A stretch of 32,000 nt of DNA from Telmatocola sphagniphila (GCF_018398935.1 NZ_CP074694.1:3900001-3932000), one strand, 5' to 3'. Numbered from the stretch's first letter, positions 8,383 through 16,466 are shown. A program made the numbers and translations. The notes: generated by a model not told the origin, from the letters alone.

Positions 8383-9432
8383 GTGGTCGAGGTAGTGGAT
8401 CGAACGCGGCAACGGGGCTTCTCGATACCTAAGATTGCCCAGCGCTTGCATATGGCAGGTCGCACTCTTCGGCATTGGGTTCAGAGCAATGCGGCGACAT
8501 CTCCTCGACCTTTGGGAAGACCGGTTGTCCGTTCGTCGCGATTGAAGCGAATGGAAGTGCTTGCTCTGTTGGCCGATCTCGGGCCGGCCACCAGCGTGGC
8601 AACTCTCAAAGAGTGCTTCCCGGAAATGACGCGTTCCGAGCTCGAAGACATGCTCAGGCGCTACCGCCGCGTCTGGCGGAAAAGGTATAAACGAACCGGC
8701 TTCCGGCTCAGGTGGACTACGCCGGGAACCGTCTGGGCGATGGATTACACGGAGACGCCACTCATTGATGGAAAGGACCAATACCTGTTGGCAGTCCGAG
8801 ATCTGAGCAGTGGTCAGCAGTTGCTAGCCTGGCCTGTGGCGGCGGCAACTGCCGAGGAAACGCTTGTGGCCCTTCGGTCATTGATCACCCGGGAGGGAGC
8901 CCCGCTGGTACTGAAAATGGATAACGGTTCTCCGTTTATTGCCGAAGTGGTCCAAGAATATTTGCAGCGAGAAGGCGTGTTCGGCTTGTACTCTCCGCCG
9001 AGGAGGCCACAATATAACGGTGCGATCGAAGCGGGCATAGGATCTTTGAAAAGTCGAATCGAACGTAGAGCTGCCTGGGAAGGCCATCCGGAAGTGTGGA
9101 ACGCTGAGGATGTGGAGGCGGCTCGACGGGAAGCCAATGCCTTGGCTCGACCGAGAGGAGGTCTGGGTCCTACTCCCGAGACGCTTTGGAAAAGTCGGGA
9201 GAGAGTCGCAACAGAATCTCGCGATCAGTTCCGAGAGCTTGTTGAAATCCATCGGAACCGAGCTATGGAGGAGGAAGGAAAATCTCCTTCGGGAGTGTTG
9301 CTCGAGCAGGAAGCTCGCCGTATCGATCGAATTGCTTTACGCCGTGCTCTCGTCGATCACGGCGATCTTTTGTTCAAGAGAGGGCCAATTCCTCTAGGAA
9401 TTAAATCGCAAAAAACGGCAAATATTACGTGA
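8383..9432 (+). CDS. DDE (rve-type) integrase, IS3-like OrfB; stop codon 8 nt from the element terminus
   Basis: 349 aa from GTG 8383 (probably also made as a fusion via the frameshift). Motifs are WAMDYT (D), LKMDNGSPF (D) and YNGAIEAGIG (E). Its 3' end lies inside IRR. Confidence 0.85.
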   Translation: MVEVVDRTRQRGFSIPKIAQRLHMAGRTLRHWVQSNAATSPRPLGRPVVRSSRLKRMEVLALLADLGPATSVATLKECFPEMTRSELEDMLRRYRRVWRKRYKRTGFRLRWTTPGTVWAMDYTETPLIDGKDQYLLAVRDLSSGQQLLAWPVAAATAEETLVALRSLITREGAPLVLKMDNGSPFIAEVVQEYLQREGVFGLYSPPRRPQYNGAIEAGIGSLKSRIERRAAWEGHPEVWNAEDVEAARREANALARPRGGLGPTPETLWKSRERVATESRDQFRELVEIHRNRAMEEEGKSPSGVLLEQEARRIDRIALRRALVDHGDLLFKRGPIPLGIKSQKTANIT

Positions 9433-9440
9433 GGGGTACA
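8927..9440 (+). repeat. right-arm repeat, copy 1 (within the complete element)
   Basis: This 514-bp segment recurs at 13309-13822 and 18139-18652. The encoded 161-aa tail differs at 4/161 (copy 2) and 2/161 (copy 3) residues. Confidence 0.95.
9376..9440 (-). repeat. right terminal inverted repeat (IRR)
   Basis: Reverse complement reads TGTACCCCTCACGTAATATTTGCCGTTTTTTGCGATTTAATTCCTAGAGGAATTGGCCCTCTCTT. Pairs with IRL. Confidence 0.65.
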
Positions 9441-10647
9441 CTGGTTAGGCGTAGGCGGGGCTTGGCGTGAAAATCCAACCCTAATAAATGAATGGTTTGA
9501 AGCGAACGATTGCAATCCTTTTAAAGGTGACCTTAATGATGCATTAAGCATCGATGCAAGTAAGTACAGCAACATAGGCACTTTTAATGGTCAATCTTAT
9601 GCACAAGCAGGAGCTGATACGGCAAAAGCAATCAAAGATATGTTGAGTGATACAGCACAATCACTCGTGGTAAATCTGGCTATTCAGTACGGAGCTCCGT
9701 TTTTTTTGAAGACTGTTGAATTCCTTGCGAAAAGCGGTTGGACAGTTGTGAGAGATCAATTCGGGAAAATTATTAGAATCGAAAAGAATGGAATCAAAAT
9801 CACTAGAGCTCAGTTTAAAGATGCGGCAACTGCACAATGTTTCCCAGCAGGAACTTTGGTAGACGCAGAATTTGGTTTGATAAAAATCGAAGAATTAAAC
9901 GTTGGAGATAAAGTTTGGTCATTCGATCACAAAAATCTGGAATGGAAACTAAAGCCAATACTAAATACCTATATCTTGAAATTTGAGAGTGGGTTAGCCT
10001 CCATTTTGGCTGCAGACGAAGTGATTGAAGCTACGGGCGGTCATCCATTCTGGGTGGTTAGAGGCGAATTTTTGGAAAACAGGCCATCTCCAAAAGTCAT
10101 CTCTCCCAGAGAGATAGATGGAAAACTTGATGGTCGCTGGGTATTAGCAGAAGATTTGAAGCCGGGTGACGAACTTTACTCTCGAAATAAATCCAAAGTA
10201 AACGTAGAATCGATTATTATTCGGACGCAACATTTATTTGTATTTAATATACAAGTTGAAGAGTTGGAAAATTATGCAATAACTTCCCTCGGTATTCTCG
10301 TTCATAATCAGAATGCGATTGCTGGATTCGAAGCATACGGTGTAAACCCTCTTCCAGGTACTCGAATCAGGCCACCAGGCATTCCGGATGGTTGGCGAAT
10401 TCGCGGAACGAAATCAAAAGGTGGAATCGAGTACTATAACCCTAATAATCCAAATGAAAGCGTAAGAATAATGCAAGGCAACCCGAACAGTCCATATCCA
10501 AATTCACAAGGGCCATATGTTCGCCAACGGGATGCGGGGGGGAATTATTTACGGCCAGATGGTACTCGTTCGCCATTACCCAATGGCGGAAATAAAGATC
10601 CCGATACTCATATCCCACTTGAAAGATATCCAGGATTTATCCAATGA
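9441..10647 (+). CDS. 5'-truncated polymorphic toxin module 1: pre-toxin region + complete Hint domain + C-terminal toxin domain (family unassigned)
   Basis: The frame is open from 9433, directly after the integrase TGA; the listed ATG is 9640. Hint hallmarks are CFPAGTLV (N-terminal Cys) ... GGHPFWV ... ILVHN (C-terminal HN). A ~110-aa tail follows (GTKSKGGIEYYNPNNPNESVRIMQGNPNSPYPNSQGPYVRQRDAGGNYLRPDG...DTHIPL). The region is AT-rich. Confidence 0.7.
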
Positions 10648-10970
10648 CTCACTATAACAAATCAACGGTATTGTCGGCACTAGATGAATTAGGGAGCCTA
10701 GAAGCTCAAAATCGTCTTTGGCTTTCGGATGGATCTTCAGGAGAAATTTCTTCCTTTGAAGAAGCGATTTGCCAGATATTTGATGCAGGCGTTACACACG
10801 AATTGGAAACACGGCAAGTCCCTGCTCCAAGCTATCTGTTATTCATTAAATTGGACCATTTAATTTCCAAAGTGCCAGAAAATATGCCGCCGAAAGATTT
10901 AATATCATTATCAATAATGACAGAAATAAGAGATTTAGCTGTAAAATTAAAAAACAGCATTACAAAATAA
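10644..10970 (+). CDS. putative cognate immunity protein 1
   Basis: 108 aa. Its ATG overlaps the toxin TGA (ATGA at 10644-10647), implying translational coupling. The product is small and acidic. The call rests on position. Confidence 0.5.
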   Translation: MTHYNKSTVLSALDELGSLEAQNRLWLSDGSSGEISSFEEAICQIFDAGVTHELETRQVPAPSYLLFIKLDHLISKVPENMPPKDLISLSIMTEIRDLAVKLKNSITK

Positions 10971-10974
10971 CGCG

Positions 10975-11030
10975 TGTCCTGGTCAAAAACTGTCCTTTAC
11001 CGCGGTTTGATCGCACTTTGGAATTAGAAT
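10975..11030 (+). repeat. IRL-like left end of a related or derivative element
   Basis: TGTCCTGGTCAAAAACTGTCCTTTACCGCGGTTTGATCGCACTTTGGAATTAGAA shares TGTCC, TACCG(C)GGTTT, ATCGC and GGAATTA blocks, in order, with IRL at 5690. The match needs gaps. Confidence 0.4.
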
Positions 11031-11232
11031 AGCCGAATAGTTATTGAATTGCCAGTCGTCGCTTACGCTGCGAATTTGGTAAGGGAATTGACCTGTTAAG
11101 TCGGTTTTTCCCCGCCGTCTTTGATCGGTGATAAATCGTACCTCGCTCCTACCCCGCCTCGGGTCTGTACAATTTTCCTTTTCCATTTTGCGGTCGCGGT
11201 AGGGACGGGGATTACTCCCCGCCCCCCGCACA

Positions 11233-11265
11233 GATCCGTGCATGCGGAATTACCGCACACGGCTC
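11233..11265 (-). ncRNA. group II intron 1 domain V
   Basis: Minus strand reads GAGCCGUGUGCGG-UAAU-UCCGC-AU-GCACGGAUC. It fits the 34-nt domain V consensus (AGC triad, two-nt bulge, tetraloop) and starts right after the RT stop. Confidence 0.8.
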
Positions 11266-12579
11266 TTACTTCGGGTGTTTGGCATAGAAGCGTTCGTTTG
11301 GAGAAGGATGAAGGATTTTCGGGGAAGCAAGAAGTCGATTGGCGAGAGGGCCGAATCGCTCCCAAATCAAGCGATTTCTCTGGCTCCGACGCCTGAGCGA
11401 CTTATACCAGATACGTACAACTTGAGTGTGAAACGATTGCAGAGCGGGCATGTTCCCTGGGATCGCATGATACTGATAGTACCCTGCCAGCACCTGGCGT
11501 AACCAACTTGCTTGCTCGGGGATTGGTTCGTGCCGCCTTTTCGAAAGCACTTCTTTCACCCGTTGCAAGCGAACCCTCATTCGCTTCTTCGCCGTCTTCC
11601 TTTTCACCAGAAATGTTCTGCTCAATCGTTTTACGCCACAACAATGGGTAAAGCCGAGGAACTCGAACGTTTCTGGTTTCCCTTGGCCACGCTTCTGACG
11701 ATCTTCGCCCGCGAACCGGCCGAATTCGATCAAGCGCGTTTTCTCGGGGTGCAATTCCAGTCCAAATTTCTGGAATCGAGCTTTCAGGTCGAATAGAAAC
11801 CGCTCGGCTTCGCGCCGATACTGGAATCCCAGTGCAAAATCATCGGCATACCGGATAACAATGACGTCTCCGTAGGCATGCTTTTGCCGCCACTGGTGCA
11901 CCCAAAGGTCGAAGACATAATGCAGATACAGATTCGCGAGGAGTGGAGAGACCACTGCCCCTTGAGGTGTACCCATTTTCGTTTCCGACCAGCGACCGTC
12001 TTCGGATACTCCCGCTTTGAGCCATTTCTGGATCAGGCGGAGAATCCTCGGATCGGCGACCCGGTGCTCGACGAATTTCAGCAGCCATTCGTGGTCGATG
12101 GTATCAAAGAAACCCCGAATGTCCGCATCGAGCACCCAATTCACCTTCTTTCCCATGATTCCGACGTGAAGGGCATCCAACGCATCGTGCGCCGAACGCT
12201 TCGGTCGAAAACCGTAGGAAAAACCCACGAAATCCGCCTCCCAAATCTCACTGAGAACCGTCACTATAGCTCGTTGGACTACCTTGTCCTCTAGAGCTGC
12301 AATGCCCAACGCTCGCATTCCTCCGTCCGCTTTTGGTATGTGCGTCCTCCTTACGGGGACAGCTCGATAGCTTCCGGTATGAATGCGGCGATGGAGATCC
12401 TCGATTCGATGAGTTAGACCAATTTCGTACTCCTTCCACGTGACACCATCATTGCCCGGAGCCGCATCCTTCTGCAAGGTTTTGAAGCTCTGAATCATTA
12501 AGGGTATTGTCACATGATGAAGTAAAGCGGTGAATTTTACCTTCTTATCCTTTCGTGCCACTTCTCGCACTCGCTGCAT
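11266..12579 (-). CDS. group II intron reverse transcriptase/maturase (no endonuclease domain evident)
   Basis: RT motifs are KFTALLHHVT, PGNDGVTW, RTHIPKADGGMRALGI and IRYADDFALGF; the C-terminal part is maturase (X)-like. The probable start is ATG 12579 (MQRVREVARK). The 602-aa track ORF (to 13074) reads through intron RNA domains I-III. Confidence 0.85.
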   Translation of the reverse strand: MQRVREVARKDKKVKFTALLHHVTIPLMIQSFKTLQKDAAPGNDGVTWKEYEIGLTHRIEDLHRRIHTGSYRAVPVRRTHIPKADGGMRALGIAALEDKVVQRAIVTVLSEIWEADFVGFSYGFRPKRSAHDALDALHVGIMGKKVNWVLDADIRGFFDTIDHEWLLKFVEHRVADPRILRLIQKWLKAGVSEDGRWSETKMGTPQGAVVSPLLANLYLHYVFDLWVHQWRQKHAYGDVIVIRYADDFALGFQYRREAERFLFDLKARFQKFGLELHPEKTRLIEFGRFAGEDRQKRGQGKPETFEFLGFTHCCGVKRLSRTFLVKRKTAKKRMRVRLQRVKEVLSKRRHEPIPEQASWLRQVLAGYYQYHAIPGNMPALQSFHTQVVRIWYKSLRRRSQRNRLIWERFGPLANRLLASPKILHPSPNERFYAKHPK

Positions 12580-13221
12580 TCCGGATGACGCGTTGGCTCC
12601 GCTCTGTGTCGGAAACGCGACCTTCTGCAGTAAGTTTCCCGATGTTGATAGCCTTCCCTCCATCGTCTCCGCCGGTCTCCGACCTTTGTTCGACGACTTC
12701 TCGGGTACTACGCCATCATCCGACTTCTCAAGGCCGTACATGTCAGGATTATGGGTTATCCCCTTTCCCGACCGATCCGACGAACCATCTTCGACGGATG
12801 AACTTGAGATCTCCCGGTTCCCGCGCAAAGAGTTTTCCCACATGCTCAGGGCCTCCGACTGCGTAGAGTTCCAGGAAGACTCGCCTATGATGCCCTCCTC
12901 GATGTGGCCTTCCGCTTCGGTTAACAGCGTCGGCACCCCAGATGACGTGATTTCGCAGCTCGATACCTGGCCTGTGTGTGCCCCTGTCAACGCTTCACCG
13001 ACAGCCTCGCGACTGGCGGCGTATGACTCGGGGTCGAGATGACTGGCTAAGTCTTCCTCGCGTGACTCTTTCATTCACTACTCCTTGCCGGTTTCGCCGG
13101 CGCACTAACCGTGCTGTGAAATGCGTCCTTGCGTACTTTGCTAGTTGTCCCGAACCGAATTCTGGTCGCATTTGTAGCCGAATTAAAGCTGTAGGGATTT
13201 TGGCATTTTGAAGGGTGTTTT

Positions 13222-13822
13222 GCCGAATACCGGGGAATTTTGGAGCGGTCTGATGACCGAGACCGGGGTGTTGCGATGGGCCGGCGTAGTCCGGCACGAG
13301 GCGCTGCCGTTCGCCGTTTATTGCCGAAGTGGTCCAAGAATATTTGCAGCGAGAAGGCGTGTTCGGCTTGTACTCTCCGCCGAGGAGGCCACAATATAAC
13401 GGTGCGATCGAAGCGGGCATAGGATCTTTGAAAAGTCGAATCGAACGTAGAGCTGCCTGGGAAGGCCATCCGGAAGTGTGGAACGCTGAGGATGTGGAGG
13501 CGGCTCGACGGGAAGCCAATGCCTTGGCTCGACCGAGAGGAGGTCTGGGTCCTACTCCCGAGACGCTTTGGAAAAGTCGGGAGAGAGTCGCGACAGAATC
13601 TCGCGATCAGTTCCGAGAGCTTGTTGAAATCCATCGGAACCGAGCTATGAAGGAGGAAGGAATATCTCCTTCGGGAGTGTTGCTCGAGCAGGAATCTCGC
13701 CGTATGGATCGAATTGCTTTACGCCGTGCTCTCGTCGATCACGGCGATCTTTTGTTCAAGAGAGGGCCAATTCCTCTAGGAATTAAATCGCAAAAAACGG
13801 CAAATATTACGTGAGGGGTACA
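13222..13822 (+). repeat. right-arm repeat, copy 2 (601 bp = 87-bp extra segment + 514-bp arm)
   Basis: 13309-13822 matches 8927-9440. 13222-13308 matches only 18052-18138 and is absent from the complete element. Confidence 0.95.
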
Positions 13823-14249
13823 TTTTTTTGATAGCACAAGAGGTTGGCTCCCTGCTAAATATTTGAAAATCGGAGACCGAATACAAGGCAACGAAAAAGA
13901 GTGGTTATCGATCACAGATTTATTCGAAGACAAAGAAGTAGAACCGGTCTATAACTTAAGAATCGCTGACTATCACACTTATTTTGTTGGAGAAGATTTT
14001 TGGAGCTGGTGCATTTGGGCGCATAATCATTATTTTGAGGTTGGCGCGTTTAATGAATTAAAGCAGATAACGGGCTGGGCGAGGCATCACGTTCCACAAA
14101 CAGTGGTCGCATTGGCTCACGGAGCCACCGATTTTGTGCGAGCAAACGGGCCTGCTATTCGTATACCAGAATGGATGCATAAGGAGATTATTCACTTAGA
14201 GTCTGTTCCAAAAGCCCCTATTTCGGATGAATTTCTCGAGGATTTGTAG
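13823..14249 (+). CDS. 5'-truncated polymorphic toxin module 2: C-terminal part of a Hint domain + toxin domain with HH motif (possible HNH/EndoVII-type)
   Basis: The frame is open from 13815, directly after the arm's TGA. GWLPAKYLKIGDRI...VYNLRIADYHTYFVGE...WAHN aligns with the distal half of the module-1 Hint domain. The ~75-aa tail contains GWARHHVPQ and IPEWMHKEI. Confidence 0.6.
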
Positions 14250-14424
14250 GGTTAGTCCCGGCTTTTGGAACAGACTCTTAACTGAGAGTGGTTTTTTTGC
14301 TAAAGAAGCTGGAAACATTTCACAGCATATTAAAAGTCATTTGCAGCAATTGAGTAACATGGGTGTGCCTAAACAATATTTGCAAGAATTGAAACAACTT
14401 ATAAAGTGGTGGGAATTCGGATAA
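14227..14424 (+). CDS. small ORF overlapping toxin-2 3' end (hypothetical)
   Basis: 65-aa track ORF in the +1 frame relative to toxin 2. The C-terminal part (HIKSHLQQLSNMGVPKQYLQELKQLIKWWEFG) looks protein-like. It is unclear whether it is a separate gene or a frameshifted continuation. Confidence 0.25.
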   Translation: MNFSRICRVSPGFWNRLLTESGFFAKEAGNISQHIKSHLQQLSNMGVPKQYLQELKQLIKWWEFG

Positions 14425-14470
14425 ATTGAACTGAAAAATATTTCTTATTTTATGAGGTATTGGTGACATT

Positions 14471-14944
14471 ATGCACTCGGAGATGATAGAAAATGTCGCC
14501 CTCCATTATTATAACTCCGTTGTTATTGGAGTTATAAGAATGCTCGGGCGAATTCGGGATTTGAATTTGGGCGATTCGCGCAATCCACGTTACAATGACT
14601 TGAAAAAATTGCTTCAAAATTTAAATAAATTTGATCCCGAAGATAAATCTTTGCTGATTTCAGGATTAGTAGCAGTGGCTGAATATTCTTGTTATGCTAC
14701 TGCTGGATTTGTTGAGCATTATAATTCATTTGAATCTGATAACAATAATGATTTATACCCTTCTCTCGTTCTATCGTACAAATATGAAAAAGATGGCGTA
14801 ATTTCATCAGAGGACGTGGCATCATATCAAGACGGCTTCTCAGATGGCTCCTTCGAATCAGCCTTCATGAAAGTTGCATCATCACCTCAAATGAAAGATC
14901 TCGTTCAAAGTAAATTGGTGGAAATATTAGCCAAACTAAATTAG
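14471..14944 (+). CDS. putative immunity protein 2
   Basis: 157-aa AT-rich ORF on the same strand, downstream of toxin 2. The call rests on position; no recognisable motif. Confidence 0.4.
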   Translation: MHSEMIENVALHYYNSVVIGVIRMLGRIRDLNLGDSRNPRYNDLKKLLQNLNKFDPEDKSLLISGLVAVAEYSCYATAGFVEHYNSFESDNNNDLYPSLVLSYKYEKDGVISSEDVASYQDGFSDGSFESAFMKVASSPQMKDLVQSKLVEILAKLN

Positions 14945-14963
14945 CAGAAATTGTTTCTAAGAA

Positions 14964-15024
14964 GCCCTAACAAAATCTCTTTTTATAGCAGTATTCAATG
15001 GACAAATTGTGGTTTTGTTAGGGC
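14964..15024 (+). terminator. long stem-loop GCCCTAACAAAA-N37-TTTTGTTAGGGC after cassette 2
   Basis: Perfect 12-bp inverted repeat (14964-14975 / 15013-15024), 20 nt after the stop of 14471..14944. Confidence 0.35.
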
Positions 15025-15295
15025 CTCTAAGGCTTTGTCTCTTCATCGTCAACGCACACACACTCACACATGTGCCTTGAATTCTATCTAAGAGACTCTA
15101 TCGATGCCTTAAATTGCCGATCGAATAACGCCAAAAACGAGGGTTCTATTAGAGCTTACAGACAATCGATCACATTGCAAACGGATTTGGTCGTTAATCT
15201 CTTGTCAATTCTTCTTGCGAGTTGATATGTGAAATTTAAAGATCGAAAAGAATTCGGAGTATTCCTTCATAACCAGTTCTTGGGATATTAGCGAT

Positions 15296-15712
15296 ATGGA
15301 TGCACTCTACATTCTCAAAAACTCTACTTTTGATAACTTTGAGATTCAGTACTCCCTCCGAAGCCTCCAAACTCATATTCCTTTCATTCGTAAGGTTTGG
15401 GTCTTCGGAGATAAGCCAACATTTCTTTCGTGCAACAAATCGATCATCGAGCATGTGCCTCATGAGTATATGGCAAGTCCTTTGGGTTTTAAATCACCAG
15501 TCACAAATACGTTTCTTATAACATTTCTTGGATCAATAATACCTGGGATGGACGAAGAATTCCTCTGGTTCTGTGATGATTTCTTCCTTCTGAAAGATTT
15601 CCCACCTGAGGAGGCTTGTAAAGATCGCTATTACGAAGATATGTCAAAAGTTACAACTCGAGGTCGACGGGTGACACTGGCACCCCATCTCAATAAACGC
15701 AAGTCGATGTAA
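15296..15712 (+). pseudogene. Stealth-family (capsule phosphotransferase-like) gene fragment, 3'-truncated
   Basis: FEIQYSLRSLQTHIPFIRKVWVFGDKPTFL...IEHVPH resembles Stealth conserved region CR2 (ELRYSLRS...W.R.I.IV). Only ~125 aa of homologous-looking sequence remain. Coding-like sequence ends at ~15668, where the first GGGTGACACTGG motif begins. Confidence 0.45.
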
Positions 15713-16466
15713 AATCTAGACTTGGGTGGCACTGTCTATCTGACAGTGCCATTTAGAACTCACCCATCCTACAACAACAAATCACCCTATTTCAACCCAG
15801 AAGGAATTCATGCCCCGGCGGGTGGCAATGGCAAGCATTCTTAATCAGCGCATGTCGTTATCCAGTAACGGTTTGAGTGGCACTGGCCATCTGCGAGTGC
15901 GTTTCTGCAATAAAGCGTTCTTTCTGCTCGAATTTGTGCCTGAGAGGGTGACAATTCTCTGGCACTTTTTTCTCCCACGCACTGGCAGTTAGCCAGTGCC
16001 ACGCGCCCGTGACTATTCGATACTAGCAGGGTGAGATTCCCTGTCGAAAGGAGGCTTGGCCTTTTGTACCCGAAGGTAACTGCGTCGCCGTGAGGCGGGG
16101 TGGGGAGCAACCCGAGGGGAGCATCTCGTCCGCAATAAAGTGAACTCGTTTCGGCAGCGGATACCGGCGAGCCTGCGTGGCTAAGGCGAAGCTAGCAAAG
16201 CCGGATTGACCGAGAGGTCCGCCAGTGGTTTGGAGAACTAATGGCGACGGCATCATCCCGAGATAAAGCCCCAAGCGAGTCGAGGGAGGTATCCGATGTG
16301 GTTGGAGGCGGAAGGAAAGCGAAGGTATCGAATGTAAGCGGGGATATCCGAGGCGCCGGGGAAGGCAAATGCCTTGTGCGTCGGAAGTCAGAGCGTTCAT
16401 AGTAGCGTAGAAATCGGGTAATACCGAGGGAGCGAAGGGACGTAGGAAGGTGGATTTCGAGGTTAC

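Larger units (their letters stand above)
5690..9440 (+). mobile_element. 3.75-kb IR-bounded transposable element with four genes (IS481-like integrase, two HTH paralogs, IS3-like integrase)
   Basis: ~65-nt imperfect terminal inverted repeats with TGT...ACA tips. Four tightly packed same-strand ORFs (ATGA overlap at 7375-7378; 34-nt and 8-nt gaps). No flanking direct repeat. Both flanks are truncated unrelated genes. Confidence 0.7.
11193..13105 (-). mobile_element. group II intron 1 (1913 nt) with intron-encoded reverse transcriptase/maturase
   Basis: Minus strand. The 5' end is GTGCGCCGGCG at 13105. Domain V is at 11233-11265. Domain VI is GCGG-GGGG-CGGGGA-GUAA-UCCCCG-U-CCCU-A-CCGC-GAC, with a bulged A 7 nt before a 3' end in AC at 11193. 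The RT ORF is internal. Confidence 0.85.
10975..13822 (+). mobile_element. putative non-autonomous derivative of the 5690-9440 element (~0.9 kb without the nested group II intron)
   Basis: An IRL-like end at 10975/10991, ~430 bp of unrelated non-coding DNA interrupted by the intron 11193-13105, then the 514-bp right arm ending in the same GAGGGGTACA terminus. Confidence 0.4.

Noticed and set aside
5785-8781. Numerous alternative-frame and antisense ORFs (up to 204 aa) inside the 3.75-kb element
   Set aside because: In a GC-rich region, stop codons are rare in all frames. The translations are Arg/Pro/Gly-rich with no motifs, whereas the four called genes carry clear HTH/DDE signatures.
8814-9252. 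Minus-strand ORFs (107 and 124 aa) that recur at 12995-13634 and 18002-18464
   Set aside because: They are antisense to the integrase 3' region. They recur only because the DNA itself is triplicated, and they extend into different flanking sequence in each copy. They carry no independent coding evidence.
12580-13074. N-terminal 165 codons of the 602-aa minus-strand ORF
   Set aside because: This stretch is the 5' ribozyme part of group II intron 1 (it begins GUGCGCC at 13105). It is low-complexity when translated, and RT homology starts only at MQRVREVARK (12579).
13222-13308. The 87-bp extra segment as a group II intron domain V/VI or an antisense intron 5' end
   Set aside because: The hairpins present (GGTCT-N8-AGACC; GCCGG-N6-CCGGC) do not fit the 34-nt domain V architecture. 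The antisense GTGCC lies ~12 nt away from the homology breakpoint, so an intron boundary does not explain the junction.
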